A stretch of 64,000 bases of DNA, taken from the sequence record SRR31156797_967. One strand, written 5' to 3'. A program made the translations under genes and the position numbers. Below, piece by piece: positions 59,291-64,000 of this stretch (position 1 is its first letter; the number at the start of each line of letters is the position of its first letter). The notes under the pieces were generated by a model. That model made no database searches. It had not been told where the DNA came from and saw only the letters and a program-made list of their open reading frames with translations.

Positions 59291-60172
59291 ATGTTGAATG
59301 GAACAATTAATTTTTTAACAGCTTGGGCAACGGTGGTATTAATATTTTTGGTGAGTGTTATATGGATACTCCGTTTACTGATAAAGTTCGACGTAATTAA
59401 AAAAGATTCAGGACTGGCGAAAGTAAACCGTGCTTTGCGGGTTCATCATAAATCATTGGGAATAACTTTAATAATTACTTCTTTGATACATGGTGTGGTT
59501 TCATCGGCAAAGTTGATTGATGTAAATCTAGGCAGTATTACATTTTTTCTTATTGTGATATTGGGAATATCATATTTAGTGAAGTCTAAAACAAAACGCA
59601 ATTTATGGCTGAATGTTCACAGACTGCTGACGGTAGCTACAATTATAGTACTAATACTTCATTTGACAGATGTAGGGATACAGGGAGTTAATCTAATAAC
59701 TTCAAGTCCACCTGATATAGAGGAATATAACTTAAGTCAGGATGAAGTGGATGAAATAATTGATGATATTGAGGATGAATCATCAGATACTGCTGAAGCA
59801 ACACAAGCACCATTAGAATCTGAAAGCAATTCACAAGATGTCCAATATGCTGACGGTGTATATACTGGTACAGCCGATGGATTCGGACCAGACCTGACAG
59901 TTGAGGTTACAGTCGCTGATGGTTTGATTTCAGAGATTACTGTTATTTCTCACAATGAAAGAGAGGAAAGATACTACGGTGTACCTATGGAAGTAATACC
60001 TGAACAAATTATTGAAACACAAAGCCTTGATGTTGATACAGTATCAGGAGCTACATATACATCAATAGGATTAAAGAATGCAGTAATTGATGCTCTAAGT
60101 GAGGCAATTATAAGCGGAGAATTACCTGAGCAGGAGGAAGCTTCTTCTGGCGGGCATAGACATGGTCATTAA
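59291..60172 (+). CDS. Four-TM His-containing (cytochrome b/ferric-reductase-like) domain fused to extracellular FMN-binding domain
   Basis: TM histidines in VHHKSLG, LIHG, VHRLL, ILHL; acidic linker; DGVYTG.ADGFG, DTVSGATYTS flavinylation motif. Confidence 0.85.
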   Translation: MLNGTINFLTAWATVVLIFLVSVIWILRLLIKFDVIKKDSGLAKVNRALRVHHKSLGITLIITSLIHGVVSSAKLIDVNLGSITFFLIVILGISYLVKSKTKRNLWLNVHRLLTVATIIVLILHLTDVGIQGVNLITSSPPDIEEYNLSQDEVDEIIDDIEDESSDTAEATQAPLESESNSQDVQYADGVYTGTADGFGPDLTVEVTVADGLISEITVISHNEREERYYGVPMEVIPEQIIETQSLDVDTVSGATYTSIGLKNAVIDALSEAIISGELPEQEEASSGGHRHGH

Positions 60173-60189
60173 GAGATAAGGGAGACAAT

Positions 60190-60621
60190 ATGAAAAAATA
60201 TTTAATTATCATTGCTGTAATTACTGCTCTCACTGCAGCAGGATGTACAGCAGATAATGGATTAAACGAGCAATCACAGACATCTGAAACAACTGATTCA
60301 CCTAAAGTAAATGCAGAATATCATAAAATAGCTCAGGATGATGCAAAGGAAATGATAGATGAAGGCGGTGTAGTTGTAATTGATGTTCGTGAAGATTATG
60401 AGTACGATGAGGGGCATATTGATGGTGCAGTATTATCACCATTAGGCAATTTAGAGAACGATATTGTAAATCATGTTAGCAGCAAGGATGATGTGATTTT
60501 GATTTATTGCAGAAGCGGCAACAGAAGTCAGACAGCTTCAAATATTCTGGTTGATTTAGGATATACAAATGTATATGATTTCGGCGGAATAATAAACTGG
60601 AAGTATGATATTGTTTATTAG
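60190..60621 (+). CDS. Rhodanese-domain lipoprotein
   Basis: Lipobox TAAGC, IDVRE..EY..GHI.GA, YCRSGNRS. Confidence 0.92.
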   Translation: MKKYLIIIAVITALTAAGCTADNGLNEQSQTSETTDSPKVNAEYHKIAQDDAKEMIDEGGVVVIDVREDYEYDEGHIDGAVLSPLGNLENDIVNHVSSKDDVILIYCRSGNRSQTASNILVDLGYTNVYDFGGIINWKYDIVY

Positions 60622-60671
60622 CAGGTGATAAATTATCTACCAGCTTTGATATAGATGAATTTAATTACTTG

Positions 60672-60697
60672 AAAAAGACTGCATTATGTAGTCTTTT
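60672..60697. terminator. Bidirectional terminator
   Basis: AAAAAGACTGCAT-t-ATGTAGTCTTTT. Confidence 0.7.
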
Positions 60698-60719
60698 CAC
60701 TTGTAGCTATATCACTGTA

Positions 60720-61097
60720 TTAAGATTTTGCTATTACCTCAATTTCCACATCTACAGATTTTGGCAAACGTGAGACTTCAACCGTTGCTCTGGCGGGGTA
60801 GGGAGGAGTAAGGTAAGATTCGTATACCTCATTCACTTCTTTAAAATCATTCATACTAGTCAAGTAAATAGTTGTTTTTACAATGTCTGACCAATTCAAG
60901 CCTGCTTTTTTGAGTATTTCATGAACGTTTTCCATTACTTGTTTTGTCTGCTGCTTTGGATTATCGTCTATAACTTTACCTGACACAGGGTCAATGGGTA
61001 TTTGACCAGATACAAATAGCCAGCCGTCAACATATATGCCTTGCGAGTAGGGACCAATCGCAATTGGAGCTTTGGGGGTATCTATTTTCTTTTTCAT
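60720..61097 (-). CDS. ridA: RidA/YjgF enamine deaminase
   Basis: AP.AIGPYSQ, FVSGQIP, VKTTIYL, PARATVEV.RLP..V.VEIE. Confidence 0.95.
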   Translation of the reverse strand: MKKKIDTPKAPIAIGPYSQGIYVDGWLFVSGQIPIDPVSGKVIDDNPKQQTKQVMENVHEILKKAGLNWSDIVKTTIYLTSMNDFKEVNEVYESYLTPPYPARATVEVSRLPKSVDVEIEVIAKS

Positions 61098-61308
61098 TCT
61101 TAATCCTTTGCAAAATAATGCTGTGCAATAATTGTATAAATAATATATATTAATAATAGCATATTGATTCTAATAATGGAATATAGTAGAAAAATATTTC
61201 AGTATATTTATTTCTACTATGTGATTCTGGAAACTACATACCTTGTATGATAAAATATACCATATAATATTCTGATGAATGTAAAAAAAATAAATGGTGG
61301 AGATGATT

Positions 61309-62541
61309 ATGAAGAGGAAAAGTTGTAGTCTGATTATTATTCTAATGCTTACGTTAGCTGGATGCAGAAGTAATTTATCTGATATATTGTTAAGTGATGA
61401 AAATCTGACAGAAATATCATTAACACTGTATGGAGAAAAAGATACAGTAGTTAACTTTGGAGGTATGTATATTGATGATGGAGTTAAAGCAGTAGATAAT
61501 GGTAATGACGTAAGTGAATTAGTTATGATAGATAGTAATCTTGATACAGAAAAAATCGGTAATTACACGATTACTTATGCATATATGAATGAAAAGGCAG
61601 TCAGGAATATACAGGTTATTGATACAGAACCTCCAGTTATGAAATTAGTCGGATACAATCATATGTTTCTTCCAATGGGTATAGAGTATGAAGAGGCAGG
61701 TTATAGTGCCATAGATAATTATGATGGAGATATTACATATAAAGTAGAAGTTATCAATAACGCAGATACGTCAGAATTAGGAGAATATACCGTCACTTAT
61801 CGTATAGAAGACAGCAGCGGCAACTGTACAGAGATGCAGAGAAAAATATCAGTAGTTGATTCACCTCTTTCAGATGATTTAGCTGATTTTTCACTAGAAG
61901 GGTTATTCACAAATACTATAATACCTGAAACGATATTAAGTGATGAAGAACTTAAGAAGTATATGGAGGGAACAATAATAATCGGCGATTCCAGAGCGTG
62001 TTATTTTATATGGTACGGATTTATACCGAAAACTAATGTTCTTGGGAATACTTCACTTCATCCGATGAATATTTTTGAAAGAGAGATAAATAATTATGAA
62101 ACGGAAGAACTTATGTCAACACTAGAATACATTAGCAACAATAAACCAAAGAGGGTTATATTTTCTATGGGAATTGATTGCGTAGGTACTTATCCGATGG
62201 AAAATATAGTAGAAGAATATACAAAGTTCTTAAATATGGCAATAGACGCTTCGCCTGATACAACTTTTATAATACATAATGTAATGCCAGTAAATGGACG
62301 ATTGGATTACGAAGAGTATGAAGTATGGATGCCTGATAATGAAAAAATCAATAGACTAAATTACTATTTAGTTCAAATGTGTGAAGATTTGGGCATCTAT
62401 TATCTGGATTCTCATAAAGTGCTGAAAAATGAATTTGGCTATGGGATACCATGGTATTTTATAGATGATATGATTCATCTTTCAAAAATGGGACAGGAAA
62501 AAGTTTTTGAATATATAAAAACACATCCTGTAATTGAGTAA
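61309..62541 (+). CDS. Lipoprotein with two DUF5011 Ig-like domains and an SGNH/GDSL hydrolase domain
   Basis: Lipobox LAGC; Y.E.G..A.DN.DGD.T repeats; IIGDSR, DDMIHLS (DxxH). Confidence 0.82.
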   Translation: MKRKSCSLIIILMLTLAGCRSNLSDILLSDENLTEISLTLYGEKDTVVNFGGMYIDDGVKAVDNGNDVSELVMIDSNLDTEKIGNYTITYAYMNEKAVRNIQVIDTEPPVMKLVGYNHMFLPMGIEYEEAGYSAIDNYDGDITYKVEVINNADTSELGEYTVTYRIEDSSGNCTEMQRKISVVDSPLSDDLADFSLEGLFTNTIIPETILSDEELKKYMEGTIIIGDSRACYFIWYGFIPKTNVLGNTSLHPMNIFEREINNYETEELMSTLEYISNNKPKRVIFSMGIDCVGTYPMENIVEEYTKFLNMAIDASPDTTFIIHNVMPVNGRLDYEEYEVWMPDNEKINRLNYYLVQMCEDLGIYYLDSHKVLKNEFGYGIPWYFIDDMIHLSKMGQEKVFEYIKTHPVIE

Positions 62542-62697
62542 TGATTTACAGCAGGAGTCTAGGCAGAAGTTTTCATTTGCAATAATTCTATAGTAAATGA
62601 TTGATTGGTATTTTAACAAAAATGACATTAATACTTTAAAAACTAATGATATACTTTCAAATAGTACGAAAAACTACACCATACTATTATTTCTGCC

Positions 62698-62727
62698 TTG
62701 ACACAAATTACGCAAAGGCTATATAAT
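62698..62727 (+). promoter_or_regulatory. SigA promoter of PFOR
   Basis: TTGACA-N18-TATAAT. Confidence 0.65.
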
Positions 62728-62820
62728 ATGTAGTTGGATACGACAATTTTATCTAACATATTATTAAAATAATTTATTTAGTTTAGAAGCACAAAAAATG
62801 TGTTTATAATATTTATTTAA

Positions 62821-64000
<1,180 letters not shown>

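Overview
AT-rich chromosomal window from an endospore-forming anaerobic Firmicute (Clostridia-like: spoIVB, Coat F genes, PFOR). It is mostly core and housekeeping genes: two OmpR-type two-component systems, htrA, a glycerol-3-phosphate dehydrogenase-type triad, the radical SAM TIGR03960/TIGR03936-rng cluster, htpG, a P-type ATPase and dxs-tlyA-nadK-argR-recN-spoIVB. I see no intact mobile element or CRISPR array. The ORF track misses three RNA genes: a ~590-nt OLE RNA (51617-52207, minus strand) directly upstream of its partner gene oapA, a 6S RNA (~37907-38083, minus) and tRNA-Lys(UUU). The less explained items are: a four-gene module with an acidic L-x-E protein, a secreted 25-aa 'GMT' repeat protein and an RR/HK pair with tandem direct-repeat boxes; a 2630-aa cyclic beta-1,2-glucan synthase behind a SigF-like promoter; an intact GH78 whose catalytic carboxylates are substituted; an antitoxin-less mazF behind a SigK-like promoter; a TetR operator palindrome that recurs 25 kb away before a second FMN-binding locus; and three decayed pseudogenes. 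All family calls come from motif recognition by eye; no database searches were run.
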